From positions 2,604,001-2,668,000 of the forward strand of contig JAYWIR010000016.1 of NCBI GenBank assembly GCA_036172245.1: a stretch of DNA of 64,000 bases, in the 5' to 3' direction. The position numbers and the translations under genes were made by a program. Origin of the DNA: Raillietiella orientalis (Eukaryota). Below, one piece after another: positions 23,101 through 36,265 of the stretch. Under the pieces are notes generated by a model, which was given only the letters and a program-made list of their open reading frames with translations, made no database searches and was not told where the DNA came from. Numbering within the stretch: the stretch's first letter is position 1; every line of letters begins with the position of its first letter.

Positions 23101-26100
23101 TGCATCCGACCTTGTAGGAGACTTCGGGAGATGAGGGGGATTCTTCACGAGCACACCGCAAATGGGAACGTTGCTCGCGGTTCAGTTTAGCTCAGTTTGA
23201 TTTCTCACACCTCGCATCCGGGTTGATGCGTTGCTAAGGCGCTGCCCGCCCGTCTGTTTGTTAAGGAAAGGAAAGCCCGCTGAAACTGAAATCCTGGAAT
23301 CGCCCTGGATGCCGCATAAGTCATGCACGAGTCTTTTTGTCTTCTGCCTGATCCTTCTCCATTGAAGATCGCGTCCCCGAAGCGAACGTCGAGCTATCAT
23401 CGAGCGCCGGATGCTGAACGGAGGTCGATTTTTTACGTTCTTCTTCCGCATTCGATCTCTTCTCGGAGGGGAAAAGGTCGGAGTTTTCCAGGAAGATCCC
23501 GTCCTCCCCAATGCCAGGGCGTGTACTCCTCACGAAATCTTCTGGGGTTCCGGAGCGCGGGAGCGTTGCGAGGGTGCGCTTCGCGCCCGCGGGCTGCTCG
23601 ATGAACGAATGAGCAAAAATCCAAGTGAAGCTTCACGAACGGTACTTTTGCGCAGATGTTCTTGTTCCTTAACCACCCTTGTTGTGGCCAGTCCACCTTG
23701 ACATCTTGAGGAAACGCTCTGCCTTCCAGATCATCTGTTGCGATGCGAGAGGCGTTCGAATGTAGGTGGATGGGGTGACGGGAGCGTAAACGCGACACAT
23801 CCCAAGGGAACTTCTTCGAGTTCCCACTTGCAGCCCTCTTGCCCGTGTGCCGGTCGCACCTGGGGCGGATCCGAGATCGGGACGTGACAGAATCCTCCCG
23901 TTCGGAGGACCGACCCGCCCCACTTGCTCACACCGAGTCCCGCATATCGGATCGAACTGCGCGCAACACGCCTAGGGCATCTTCTCTTACAAGTAGGGCT
24001 CTCGGGATTCCCTACAAAGCTCGGTTCCCAGTCCCTTCTCCCGGAGCCTCGGCATGATCTTCCTAAAAGGGAAAACGCTGGACACATCGTGCGAGGCTCG
24101 CGAGTTGGGAACGCTTCGAAATTCACGGTTGCCGCAACCTTCACGGTCGGCATGGCAAACGGCCCAAGCTGATAGAACGTGCGTTTCTTTCGAGACAGCT
24201 TCCGACCTCTGTAGGTCGAGAGTTTCGTGCAATAAGATCGCCCAGGCTTTTGCGCTGCTGAAAAATTCCTTCGTTCCCGGAGGACTGTGGTATCCCTGTT
24301 CTGCCGACTGACTCGCAGGAATGGCAGACAGCCTCAGCCACCTCGGCCCCTCGCGCGAAACGTTGAAAAGCAAGGAAAAACAAAACCAAATCTATAAAGC
24401 CCTGTTTGAAGAGTCACATCAGATTGAACCCGATCCCTGGAACTAAAAGGGTAATGGAAGGCCGCATTTGGGCGAGGAGGGAAACAAAAAAAAAAAAAAA
24501 AAAAATAGGCTCACACGTCAATTACTTCTTGAATACATGATTCGGGAAATTTTTTCCGCAAACATTTTGCTGGCTGAACGTGCAAGCAGCTGTTTAAAAC
24601 TGGTAATCTGTTTTGAAAAAAAAAAAAAAAAAAAAAAAAGAAACTTTATTTTTCTTAGAATCGATCATGCTGGGCACTGCACGAGTTGATTAATTGATTT
24701 CAGTTCTGTGTTTGTGCCCAACTTGGGCACTGTATCGATTTCCTATAAATATCATGGGGGGGGGGAGAAGAAAAGAAAAGAAGAAGAAGAAAAAAATCTC
24801 CTGAGCTAACAAACATGGGTATAATCAATTTGGCATTCCAGCACGGTATAGAAACACCTCGACATTAGAGATTGGCACAGATAGGAATTTTTTTTTTTTT
24901 TTGAAGAAAAACTCGAATATGGAAATTGAGAAGGGGTAAAGAGAGGATATTTGAGCAGAAAAGTAAAATCGATGTTTACAAATGGAGGTCCAAGCTACGA
25001 GCATCTTAATTTAACAGCCCTCGATGAATCCGGAAGCAGTGAATGTATGGTAAAGACCTGTAAGTAATTACAGATGTTTTGAAGCACTTGTAATTCGAAT
25101 GCGCAACAACAGGGCAACAGCAACAGCAACGAAAATTGGACAAGAAAGTGATTTTCAAGGCACAAAGAAAACAGTGAGTGACTCTCATAATAGACTGACC
25201 AGGATGCCGCACAGAAGTACCAACACGAAGTAGCGCGTTCTTTTCCATTGCAGCATTGTTGCTCCCGGGAAAACTTCCGGAATCTTTGTTTCTTTTTCTT
25301 CTTCCCCTCTTCCGAGCGACTCAGGGCTCCCAGCAGTTTTGGCTGCAAGAAGTTGGGGTAAGTTTTCTGAAACGAGGAAGGCGAGTCGTAGAGTAAAACA
25401 TTAAGAGAATTCAAACCGACACGCTAGTTTGTTTGCTGAATGCTTACAATGAAGGGAGATGCGCAATATCCAGAAGGATTATGATGATCTTCTATTTCCA
25501 AATACACAGTAAAGGGTTAAGAATGAAGGAAACAGCAGCAGCAGCCGGAAGAAAGGAAAAGAAAGAACAGACATTGTGTGATATCGCGTGCGAGACCCGC
25601 GATCGAACCATTCCGAAAACCACCTGTGCATGTCCTAATCCGCTTTCAGATATCGCTCGGATTTTCGGTGGCATATTGATTCTTCATTCCAGCTAAGATT
25701 CCATTTGATTGAGGTCCAGTTCCTCTGAACAAAGTGAGTCATAGTGACTTTGTCAAGAGAAACGAAACGAAATTTCCCTACATAGAATCCAGCATTTAAA
25801 TAGCTTTAGGTGTCAGTTCTATAAAGGAGAATGTACTCATTAAACACGTCCTAATCAGGAGCGAGTCATCTGCAACCGGAATCGGAAGAGTTTGTTTTCA
25901 CTTATTGCAGTCGGATCTTCTTTTTTCCACAAGCATCTGACAGAGATGAACAGTGTAAAAAAACGAGGCTGTAATGAATGCTAACGACGAATCAGTTCGT
26001 TTCCGAAACAGCATCCCTTGTTTTCCAACTGGCCCTTGCAAACAACACGTTCATAAAAAGGAGGCAAACGACACGCGCAGTTTACGACACTCTCACGATT

Positions 26101-26282
26101 TCTCTTTTTCGTCATCATCATCGTCATAATTTCTTTTTTCTTCCTTTTTTCCTCTTTTTTTTGGATCGCGCGCGCGCAACTCTCGAAGCTGAAAGGAGCG
26201 CAGTGGGTCGCTGGGCAAACAGCCCCGCGCGCGCTGTTTCGTTCGAATAAGGGCGGGCCGGGGTCGGTCAACTACCGCTTGC

Positions 26283-26676
26283 GGAGCAGCAGTAGTTGAA
26301 CCCTTCCGAGTCCGGACCCTTCCTCTCCTCCTTGCTGTGTGCACACGCACGCACGCACGCACGCACGCACGCACGGTCTCCAAGGAGAGGAGGATCCCCT
26401 GGAGGACGATCTCGGCGCGCGCGTTTCCGGTTCCTGGAGGGACCCTCGAGGAACTCTGAAACTCCGCCAAAGACGCCCCCAGGGGATTCGACCGACTGCT
26501 CATGTCAACTCAGAGCTTGGAGACATCCGAAGCACGCGTGACCCCTCCCCTCCCCGCACCGGCTCCCTTCGTCCGCGCGGTTTGGTCGCGCGCGTGCGCA
26601 TTTCGTACTTCTTGCTGGAGCCGAGCTGCTTCTCCGAGCTGTGCGAGTGGTGGTGGTCGCGTCCGGGACAACGCAT
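26283..26676 (-). CDS. Candidate 5' exons of a minus-strand gene
   Basis: Exons 26676-26609 (ATG, MRCPGRDHHHSHSSEKQLGSSK), 26455-26375 and 26334-about 26283 (KEERKGPDSEGFNYCCS) join with consistent phase-2 GT-AG junctions. Confidence 0.4.
26347..26374. repeat. (GCAC)7 tetranucleotide microsatellite
   Basis: Read directly from the sequence. Confidence 0.95.
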
Positions 26677-29600
26677 CCCGGACGGTCTCCTTGCCAGGGA
26701 GCGGGCCCGTTCGTTCGGCGGGCGCGTCGCCCTTTTTTCTGCTCTCTCCTGCTCTCAGGATCGACGCGGCCGAGGATGCGAGGGCCGGGTCGTCCGCAGA
26801 AGCAGTCTGAGCCCCTCTGGTGGCTGCGCTTCCTTTCGTTTCGGCAGGGCTCTTGGGGCCGGTGCCAACTGCCAGCACGCGGCGGGACCCAGACTTCTTC
26901 CCGTGGAAGGTCGCCCCGCGCCTGCACCCGACAAGCGGAGAGTCAACGCAGAGAGATGCAGGTCGCCTCCGACGCAGGTGGAGGAGGGGACTGCGGATGG
27001 ACCCTGCACTCATGCTCGGCACGTTGCCAGAAGCGGAGTGTTCCCAGTCCAGGGAAACTTCCCGTCGAGAGCGCCGCCGCCGCGAGACGGTTGCACGCGG
27101 GCAGCCAGGCAGTGTAAAGACAGGTGCAGCCGGGGGGGGGGGGGGAAGGGCCGTGCTGAAGACGCAGACAGGCGCGGCTCCTCCCGGACCCTTTCTCTCC
27201 TCCTTGGGCTCAGCTGGAGGAAAGGGGGGAGGGGGAGCGATGGCGCAGGAGCGGCCTGGGCGCCGGTGCCGCCGCCAAACAAGGGAAGGACTGTGCCAGG
27301 GTGAATTCGGATGCAGCCGGCTCGGTCGGGGGCCGTTCAGTTCGTCGGGAGCTCGCGGGCGGCGCTGCTACGCTCTTCCGGAAAGAATGAGATTGGGAGG
27401 ACGCGGGAAGCGGATCTGCCGACGGCTTGGCTGCGCCCGGCGGTGCCGGCCGTCAGAGCTGGCGGCTTCCCATCTCCTAGAGCGCTCCGGCACAGATGCC
27501 CCCAGGGCACTCGACAAAGGTTGGCCGTGTCGAAGCGGTGGGGGAGGGACAGCAGCGACACGACTCTGTTGATTTCAGGGGCGTCCGCGTAGGGGGAGTC
27601 AGGCGCCACGGAAGGTGCCAGTGCGGCAGATCCCCTCCTCGACGTCATCCGAGGTCAGAGAATTCCTTCCGGGCAGGGGTGCGTGCCAGGAGCTTCCGAG
27701 AGCGGGAAGAAGGGGAAGAGAGGAGGAGCGCGCGCTGGATTCGAGCGCGCGCCTGGGGAGACGAGGACGCCCGAGCAAGGCGCCACTCGTTCGCGGCTTG
27801 GCGACGCCTCGAAGCACAAAATCCCCGCGGCATCAGAAGCGCTTTCTCCCCAGACGTCGCGAACCTTCCCGATGAGGAAGAACAACGCCCGGTGTTCCCG
27901 GATGGGCGGTGGCCGCATGACCATTGCCGCCGGCAACCCCTTGCAAACGTCGACGGTGGCGCGTGTGATCCTCGTAGGAAAAGATGCTGGGAAGACACGT
28001 GTGTGCATGTGGGGGGGGAGGGGAGGGGTCCGGGACGCTAGGGGACGCTGGTTCCCCCTGCGCTTGTTCCTTAGCAACGCGATGTCGGCGGCAGCGGTCG
28101 CGCCCTTCGCTCCGTACTGATTTGTAGGGCACCCGAGGATTTTCCAGCCAGGAATTCGAGCGGTGTAGGGACAAAAAAGAGGGGGATTGAGGGGGGGAGC
28201 GATCTCGAGCCACCGGTCCCCGCGCTCGCGCGCCCTAATCCCACGGCGTCGTGCCGCGACAGCTGACTGCAGACCTCACGAGCCAGTCGGGGAAGAGGGG
28301 TGAGAGCAGGGACGGTGAGAGGGGGCAAACTCGAACGCTCGCGGGACCGCGGGATCGGATGGGATGCTACTGCTGCTCTTCTGATCCCGTCAAGACCAAA
28401 AGGTGCGCCCTCCGCCGCGACGCGGCGCCACCTGCGACCGAGCCGAGGGCACGTCGTGCGCACCTGCTCTCTTCCCTTCTTCCTTCACCCCGTCCCTCTC
28501 TCCTCCCCTCTCCCGCAGCGGAACCCCACGCTGTTGCACGTCGCCGCTGGGATGGCAAGGAGGGGAGGGGCACCGTCGTAATCCAGACAGCAGACGAGAG
28601 AGGCACCCGCTTCTAGCAGCAGCAGCATCTTCGCTGCTCCCCCGCTTCCTCTTCCTCGCCCTCGATTTCCGGCACGCTCCTTCCTCCTCACCCCCCCTTT
28701 CTCGCCTCCCGCGCGCGCCTCTCCCGAAGGGATTGAGGGACGCGCTTGCATCGATCCGACTCGGACCACCGCTCCCCACCGGACGTCTCTCCTCCTTCCC
28801 GCTCGGTCCGCAGAGAGCGAGCGCGCAGTCCCGCGCCAGCTACACCTCGGGCCATTGCGGCGAGTCGTGGGAACGGAGTCACGCTGCTTCCTCCCGGAAA
28901 GAACCGGACAGGACAGAGGAGCCGAAAGCGGCGCCGATGGTTTATTTTTAGCCGTTTTCGGGACTCCCCTCGCTCGCTTATTCGCGGCCAAGGGCCGCGG
29001 GGAATGAGGGGAGGGGAGAGGGAGAAGGGCAGGAGGAAGAGGACGGAGTCTTTCGCGCCTGCTTCCCGCCTTTGCTCCCGCCCGCGTTTACTCGCGGGGT
29101 AAGGTCGGGACCTGCTCCCGCGCGTGGCTCGTCGGAAGATCCATGGGGGAGCCTCCTCTTCCAGACGCGCCGGTCCGTTCTGGGAGCGCCTAGATTCGGC
29201 TACTCCGGCCACTCCGTCACGGCGCGCGCGAGAGGGGGGAGGGCGAGCGAGTCTTCTTCCTTTTTAGCCAGAGGCTTCAGGTGGGCCGCCGCACTCGCTC
29301 CGTGGTCTGTTTCCGGGGAAGGGGGGGCGCCTCTCCCGAGGCGGTGAGAGAGGAGTAGGACGGGCGTCTCCGCCGCCTCCCATTGCTGCAGGGGACTTCC
29401 TCGGGTGATGATGGAGTTCCTCTGAGTTTACCCTGACAAATGGGTACGCACGTGGGTGGAGGAAGAGAAGGGGGGGGGAGGCAGGAAATGCAGGCGGACT
29501 CTTGACCATCTTCGGTCGCTCGCCGCTTGCTGGCGCGCTCTCTTCTCTGGATCAGTGAGATGCCCTCCCCAGGCAGACCTCTCCCAGTGCCCTCAGGCAG

Positions 29601-32600
29601 AGGTAGCCATGGGCCGGGGACGGCCGCCTCTGTGGTCCTCCAGTAGCAGCAGCGAGCCATGGAGGTGAGACCTGACCTCGTGGATGCCTCGGCGGGGTGT
29701 GGGATTACTATCTGCCTGTCCCCTTCCCTCTTCTAAAGATCCTCGGGTCCCCGCCGGGAAGCCAGAGCAGCTCCCGAGGATGTTTTTTTCTCTGAGGATC
29801 CCAGGGTCACTCATGGCCTGTGACTCGCCCCTGGGGGATTTCTGGGAGCTTCTTGATCTCTAAAACCCTCGGGGTAGACACGAAGCTGCTCGAGAGGAGT
29901 GGTGGAATCCTCTCTCGAAGTCCCCCTACATCTTGCCCTTTCCCACTTCCCTTCTTCGGAACCGAGGCCACGCCGCCTGGGTTTCAGCACATTCCGACTG
30001 CCCACCTGCTCGATGTTTCTGAGCCGGCGCAAGGGGGGGAGGAGTGTTGTCCTGGTGGTAATCGTGGGGAGCGGGGGTTAGAGGTGGGGTTGGGGGTAAG
30101 CAGCCGAAATCCCGACGTCGCTCCAGCGGTCTGCAGCAGGGCGGCGACTTCGAGGACGAGTTGTTCGCGAAAGGGGTCGCGAGACGGCATCGCCCGACTT
30201 TCCAGCCGCACCGGTGTCTCCTTGGCGACGCTTCCTTCGCCCCCGTCGCTGCACGGCGGCTGTTGCACTCGCTTGCAGAAAGGGGAGCAACGCCGCGCTT
30301 CCGGGGTCATTCCTGGTCTCCCATTGCCCTGATCCGAACTCGCCATCCCCACCCTTCGAGAACGCGCGTGGGTTAGCCCTCCTTTCCCCCTCGTTGCTCA
30401 GACGGCGCATACATGGCTCCGGTCACTTCCCGGGGGATCGAGCGCGCGCGCGCCGCTCCCGGAGCGAGGCGGCTGTTCCATTCTGTCGAGCTGGAATCCA
30501 GACTTGGGGGCAGGGAGGGAGGAAAGGGGCAGCGAGGGAGGCACTCTCCTGTCCGCCGCCCGGGAAACGGTGCTCCGTCACGCCGTACCGGCTTTATTGG
30601 AGGATCGCGCCGCTCGCCTCCTTGACAGTCGTCTTCTCTCCCTCACCCACTCTTGAAGGTTCCCTCTCCCTCTCTCCCTCCTTTCCCCTTCCTCCCTCGA
30701 CGCGAACGCTCGAAGACTCCGAGCTCTCGGACGAGGGGGAGTGAGCAGGCAGTGGCGCCGCCCTCTCCTCCTTCCATGGCAAACAGAGCAACCGCCCCAG
30801 AAACATGCCGTGCACACACACGCGCTCGAGGAGAGGGGGAGATCGTCCCACCCTCCCTTCTCAAGGCGGACTCCGGCTCCATCCCGAAATCCTTATTTTT
30901 TTTTCTTCGAACGGCTGGACCCTAGAGGAAAAGGGTGGGGGTGGGGAGAAGGAATCCTAAGTTTCCTCGGAAATCGGAGCCATCGGTTGCAGTTGCCGTC
31001 GTCGACGCCACCTATCAGAGAAAGGAGGACTGGGTTAGAGGATGTTGCGTCGCGAGCAGACCAGACCAGACCTAGGCACACCCGGGCGGCAGCTGACGGG
31101 CGGCAGGCCCGCAGGACAAGCCCCGGGAGCAGCCAGTCGCTCGCGGAGAACGGCGGAAGCGGCGGCGCAAGGGGGTTCCGGAAACCCAGGAAGGGGGGAT
31201 CTTCCATAATCCCTTTCCCCCCCGGGGAAAAGGTGTTCCCAGGAAGACGACGGCCACCATGGAAGCGGAGGTCAGCCTGGAAGGACAACCTCTCCACTCC
31301 AGGGTTCAGAGGAGGGCGATCATCCTTCCTCTTCCGGGGACCGGTTTACGGAGGAATGAAACCGAAGAGACTGGAAAGGACTTCTTGCTCTCATCCATGG
31401 GGAGGAGGTCGGAAGCTGGCCGCTTGGAGGGACTCCCAATGGTCCTGCAATGGAAAGGACTCTCTTTCCCTCGGTCTTTACCTGGCGTCTGGCTTCGATG
31501 CCGGAGCCAGGGAAAACTTCTCCCCACCCGGTCCCGCCGGACGCGGCCGATCCCCCTTTCCATCCAAGGGTTCTTTCCCTTCTCCTGGATGCGAAGCAGT
31601 GGCGGCGGCGGCATTCCTTGAAGAAAGTCCTCTGGATCTGCCAGCCACCAGCTCGCACGCACCGGCTGTCAGGCTGCTCGTTGCCATGTGAACCTGCTGC
31701 AGGACGAGACGTGGGCGATCCCGGAACGCGCGCTTCTCTCTCCCGGACGAAGTTTGCAGAGGTGCTGGAAGCTTGTTAGACACCAAACGGGCCACGAGGG
31801 ATGAGGCGGGAGCAAAAGGGAACCGATGGCTGTTGTCCTGGAGACCCGTGCCCGGCCTCTCTCCTTTCGACAGCAGTCGCCCCTGCCCGTCCAATGGAGA
31901 CAGACGGGGATCCATCGGTGCGTCTTCTCCTGCCTCGGTTGGCCCGCATCCTGCGACCCGGGCAGGCTGGGAGGACTCGACGCGGTGGGCGGTGGCGGGG
32001 GGGGGGGAGGGCACGAAGCAGCGCGGCCGCTGCCGCATCCTAGGGAAGGGTCCCTGACCCGACGTCCCTCGGGGAAGGAAGGAGGAGAGGAAGGGAGGGA
32101 GGAAGGGGCTGGCGGCGGTCCGCGTAAGGAGAGCCTCCAGATGGGCGACGTGGCGGGGCGGCACGTGCGTCCCGCGGGGCTTCCAGCTGACGCTGCCGAA
32201 GGGTCTGGCTGTCGTGGTTTCCGGAGCAGGTCGCAGAGCTTCGACTTCGACGCTGGCGCCGATTCCTTCAAGCGGGTTCAGCCGGAATCGCCCTCCCCTA
32301 ATGTACCTTCCGGAGCTACGCCCACCGCGAAAGAGGGGAGGAACTCCGAGTCACCAAGGCAACCCGGGCAGCCTCGGGTGCGGAGGCGTCGCCTCTGAGC
32401 GCGCCTTCCGGGACATGGCCAGCGATCGGGAGGGATCGACTCTGTCGCAGGACGGCAGGGATCTACTCAAGGAGTTTTCTTCACCTCCTGCGAACGGGGG
32501 ATCCTGCCTCCCGAGGACGCAAAACTGCTCCTCCCGTAGTTTTCCTCTTGGACTGTCGCCCCGGGAGTCCGTGGAGGTGAGGATGTTGCTGCCGCGTGAC

Positions 32601-34372
32601 CTCCGAAGAGGAGCTCATCCCAGGGGGATTTTCTGCCCCTTCGGCTGACGGAAACCACCCTGGACTCCCCAGGACCCGGAGCTCCTAGAGGGCGATCCCT
32701 GCTGCTGGAGAGGGATGCACATCCTCCCTCCCCGTGAGGCGGTAACTTCCGGAGGAGTTCCTGAGAAGGTGATTGCCGCCGCGCCCGCCCTGGCAAAGAA
32801 GGAGGGGAGGGAGGAAGCCACCGTCCTCCGGCTGCTTTGCCACGGTGGGGGCCGTGGCCACTGCTGCCATCGCCATTGTATGGGAGGCACGGCGACGCGG
32901 TGCCCCTTCACGAAGCCCGGAGGCGGGTCACAGATGAGCGCCTCCTGACAGCGGTGCTAGAGAGGAGAGCGTGCTCTCTGTTTCCTTCTCGACTGCCCGT
33001 CCTGCCTGGTCACGTCGCGAGCACCATCGTGGAGGCGAACGGGCCAAGTCGGACGGGGGATCCGACCTCATCGGCCGAAGGGAATGTGTTGCCACCTGTT
33101 CGGACGACTCCTGACTTCGGCGCGCGTTCGGCAGGTGCAGCGGACGTTTTTTTAACGAAGCCGTGCTCCCTCGGTGGCGCCCACGCACGCTGGCGCCTCC
33201 GTGCAGCGAGTAAACGCCGGGAACAGACGTGGCAGCGATCGTGGTAGGGCTATGACGCTCGGTAGCGGTGCTGGTCCATCGAGGAAGCGCGAGGCGAGGA
33301 GAATCCCCAGAAGATCCGTGCGCCCCCTCTGGGACATCCCCGGGACAAACCCGCAGCAACGCGGTCTCGCGTGACCCCCGGAGTGGTGGCGCACGCCTGC
33401 GAGCTACCGATGAAGGCATCAGCAGGGGAACCGGAAGGGTCTGCCCTGCTCTCTTCCTCTTCTGCCAAGCACCGTTGCTATGCAGCAGGCCATGTGCCTT
33501 CCGAGATGCCGGGGGAGTGCTGGCTGAGGGCCACCACGGACACCATCTCGGATCACTGGTGACCTAGCGCAGCGAGCACCGCCAACAGATGCTGCTGTCC
33601 AGGCGAATTCTCTGTACGAGCCGGTGAAAAAGGTACACCAGTGGGCGACACCTTCCGGGATGGCTGCTGCACGGAAAGATGTCCTTTGCGATAGCAACGT
33701 CGGAAAGGACTGCTCGGGAAAGGAGGAAGCTGTGTGCTCCTCCATCTGCCTTCCAGCAAAGTGTTATCGTTCTCGGCTCTCTCTTTAATCAAGCCATTTG
33801 GTTGCTAAGATACCTTCCTTGATTTTTGTTTTTTTTCATACAAACTACATGTACGGCGCGTGGGGAATCCATTTTGACATGCACGGAATTGGAGATCGAG
33901 GGCGAGCGGCGTGTGAACCGTGAGGGCAGCCTAAGGACCATGCCGAAGCCAGGCAGAGGGGAGGGGGGACGGGATACCGTGCTTTAGAGGTGCCCGGAAA
34001 GTGAAGCTCACCTTCGCGGGTTTCCATGCCTTCCCCTGAACGTCTTGGAGGAGCAGGTGATTCAGGACGCTCTTTGAAGACAACGAGGAAGCCAGGGAGA
34101 GAGAAAGTCGAATCTTCGAGAGGGTCACTTGGGAAGTTTCGTCGCTGCTTCCTCAGTGCGCGCACCCCCGCGAGCTCTCCGCCGATGACGCACGCGATCA
34201 CGTGGGGGAGGAGGAAACTGCCGCTGCTGGCCAGCTTCCCGCTTCTGCCACCGACGCCGCCCTTGGATGCAGGAGACGCAGGAGGGTTGCATCCTCCCGC
34301 CAGTGGGCAGGGAGCGACCCAGTGGCTCCTGACGGATAGGTACCGTTTCTGAAGCTCCTTCCCTCTTCTTCG

Positions 34373-34975
34373 TTACGCGATTCCTGCTCCAGGAGAAAGG
34401 AAAAAAAAAAAAATTGAAAAAAGGGAAAATCGCTGGGGATGCGACGAGAGGGAGCGCCCCGCCTCCATCCTGGTCCACAATGAACAACACTCTTTGCTTC
34501 TGAAGGAAGGCTCAAACGTTTCCTCCCCCTGGAGTGAGGATAGGATCGCCCCGCTCCTCCGACTTCCGGACTGTGGTTCAGTCGAGCCGAGCTCGGGCTC
34601 CCGTTCCGAGCTACCACTCGAATCCTTTCGCTGCCGGGGGCGGCGGCAGCTTCCGCGTGTGCGATGAGGAGAGGGTTGCGGCGGACGAGAGGAGAAGAGG
34701 TAGGGCCAGAAAGACCAGGGGGGCCTGATGCGGAGGTGCTCCTGGAAGGATGATGGGGGCGTGGTCAGAAAGGTCCACTCCTCGCGGCACTGGGCAAGGA
34801 AGGCCTCCAGGCAGCATCGGGGCAGGTCACTCAAAAAGCTCTGGGCTTCTTTGCTGTTTCGCTTCCGGCTGCACGCAGCAAGCAGGTCGAGCCGGAAGCT
34901 TGCCGTCCCCAAAGGGCACTCAGGGGAGCTGAGGACGTGAAGCGGCGCGCTGCTGGCGGCAGCCCAGTCGTCCTG
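34373..34975 (-). CDS. Possible coding exon of an unassigned gene
   Basis: Acceptor-like cctcccag, then DDWAAASSAPLHVLSSPEC...DLPRCCLEAFLAQCREEWTFLTT with GC3-biased codons; no recognisable family. Confidence 0.3.
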   Translation of the reverse strand, partial: QDDWAAASSAPLHVLSSPECPLGTASFRLDLLAACSRKRNSKEAQSFLSDLPRCCLEAFLAQCREEWTFLTTPPSSFQEHLRIRPPWSFWPYLFSSRPPQPSPHRTRGSCRRPRQRKDSSGSSEREPELGSTEPQSGSRRSGAILSSLQGEETFEPSFRSKECCSLWTRMEAGRSLSSHPQRFSLFSIFFFFLSPGAGIA

Positions 34976-36265
34976 GGAGGTACGATGGGGGTCGCGAAGG
35001 GCGGCCACGGATCAGCCGACACCCCGACTCCCTGAGAACGGGCGGGTCACCGTCCCGGTGCGCTGGAATGGAAGGCATCTCAGGAGGTTCGAATGAGAAA
35101 AGCGAGGGGGATCGCTACCGGAGGAGGGAGGGGAAAGGGGAAAGGAAGGAGACCCTTGTCCAAGCCTAGAGGACCCCGCGGTTCCTGGTTGCCTTGCTGC
35201 AGCGCATCAGAGGAATTCCCGTTGAGGGCATACAGGTTGCCCACGGTGGTGGTTTAGTAGAGGTGAATCGAGAGAGGCAGCCAGCCACCCCACGAATCCC
35301 CTAAAGCAGAGTTTCCTTCCAAGTCGGAGACGGCCGCAAAAGAGGTTCGTCTCCACCTAAGGGGCTTTGCTTCCTGCATCATCCCCGGGAAGGAGCCTGG
35401 TCTACTGGACGGCGGAGAGCTTGTCCATCAGATGGCTGGTCAAACAGGGGAGGCTCCTTCAAGGGAGGAAGCCACTACTGCTTCACTCCGGCCTCCACCG
35501 GGGCGCACTGAGAAACCCCGGGCGGGTGCACTGCCTGGCGGCAGTTCCCTCCTCCCCACCGTCTAGCGCAGGAGCGGTTTCTGAAGCACCCGGTACGTAT
35601 CCCTCCTCTCTCTCATCTCCCCGTCCTCATCGCCTCGCGGTACAACTCTCGCAGCTAGGAGACGGCTTGCCAAATCGAGAGTTGCGAAATCCACAGCCGC
35701 GCCGCGCGTAATGCTGCCGACAACGAGGAGGGTGCAGCTCGTGGGGGAAGCAGGTGATGGGTATCAAAACCCGAAAACTCTGGGATGCCCTCTTTACTTC
35801 CGGTGACGTTCGCCGTTCGTTCGGAAGGGGACGCGGGGCAAGGGGGGGGGGAGAAGACTCGACTGAGGACCCCCTTGCAGGAGAGTGCGATGTTTCTTGC
35901 TTTTTCTTTCCATTTTTCTCGAGGTCAAGTACCCCCTCAAGCTGGGCGTGCTGCTCGCAATCTGCCTGGGGAGGTCTAGTGCAGTGAAGAAACGCGATCG
36001 ACGGATGGATGGGGGTGCGCGTGGGGAAAAGTTGTGCGAGGAAGGGAAGGGGCGCTGCTAGGAGGACGGAATTTTTTCTCTTGTCTCAGTTTCCCACCTA
36101 GCCCTGTGCTGTCCCCGTGGCCACACGGGGAGGAGTGGTTTTCTGAATGCCGCTCCTCCCCTTCTTGTGAAAGACCGGGAGAGGAGAGAGGCCGGGATCA
36201 CGGAAGCGAAGCACCACGCCTGCCATCATGGCGAAGGTGGGCCCCTCTCCCTCCCGGGAAGGGGC

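Noticed and set aside
26339..27304. 321-aa plus-strand ORF
   Set aside because: Arg/Gly/Ala/Pro-rich, starts in a microsatellite and shows no codon bias; long ORFs are expected in GC-rich DNA
30741..31691. 316-aa plus-strand ORF
   Set aside because: Low-complexity translation with no domain; more coding-like segments lie on the opposite strand
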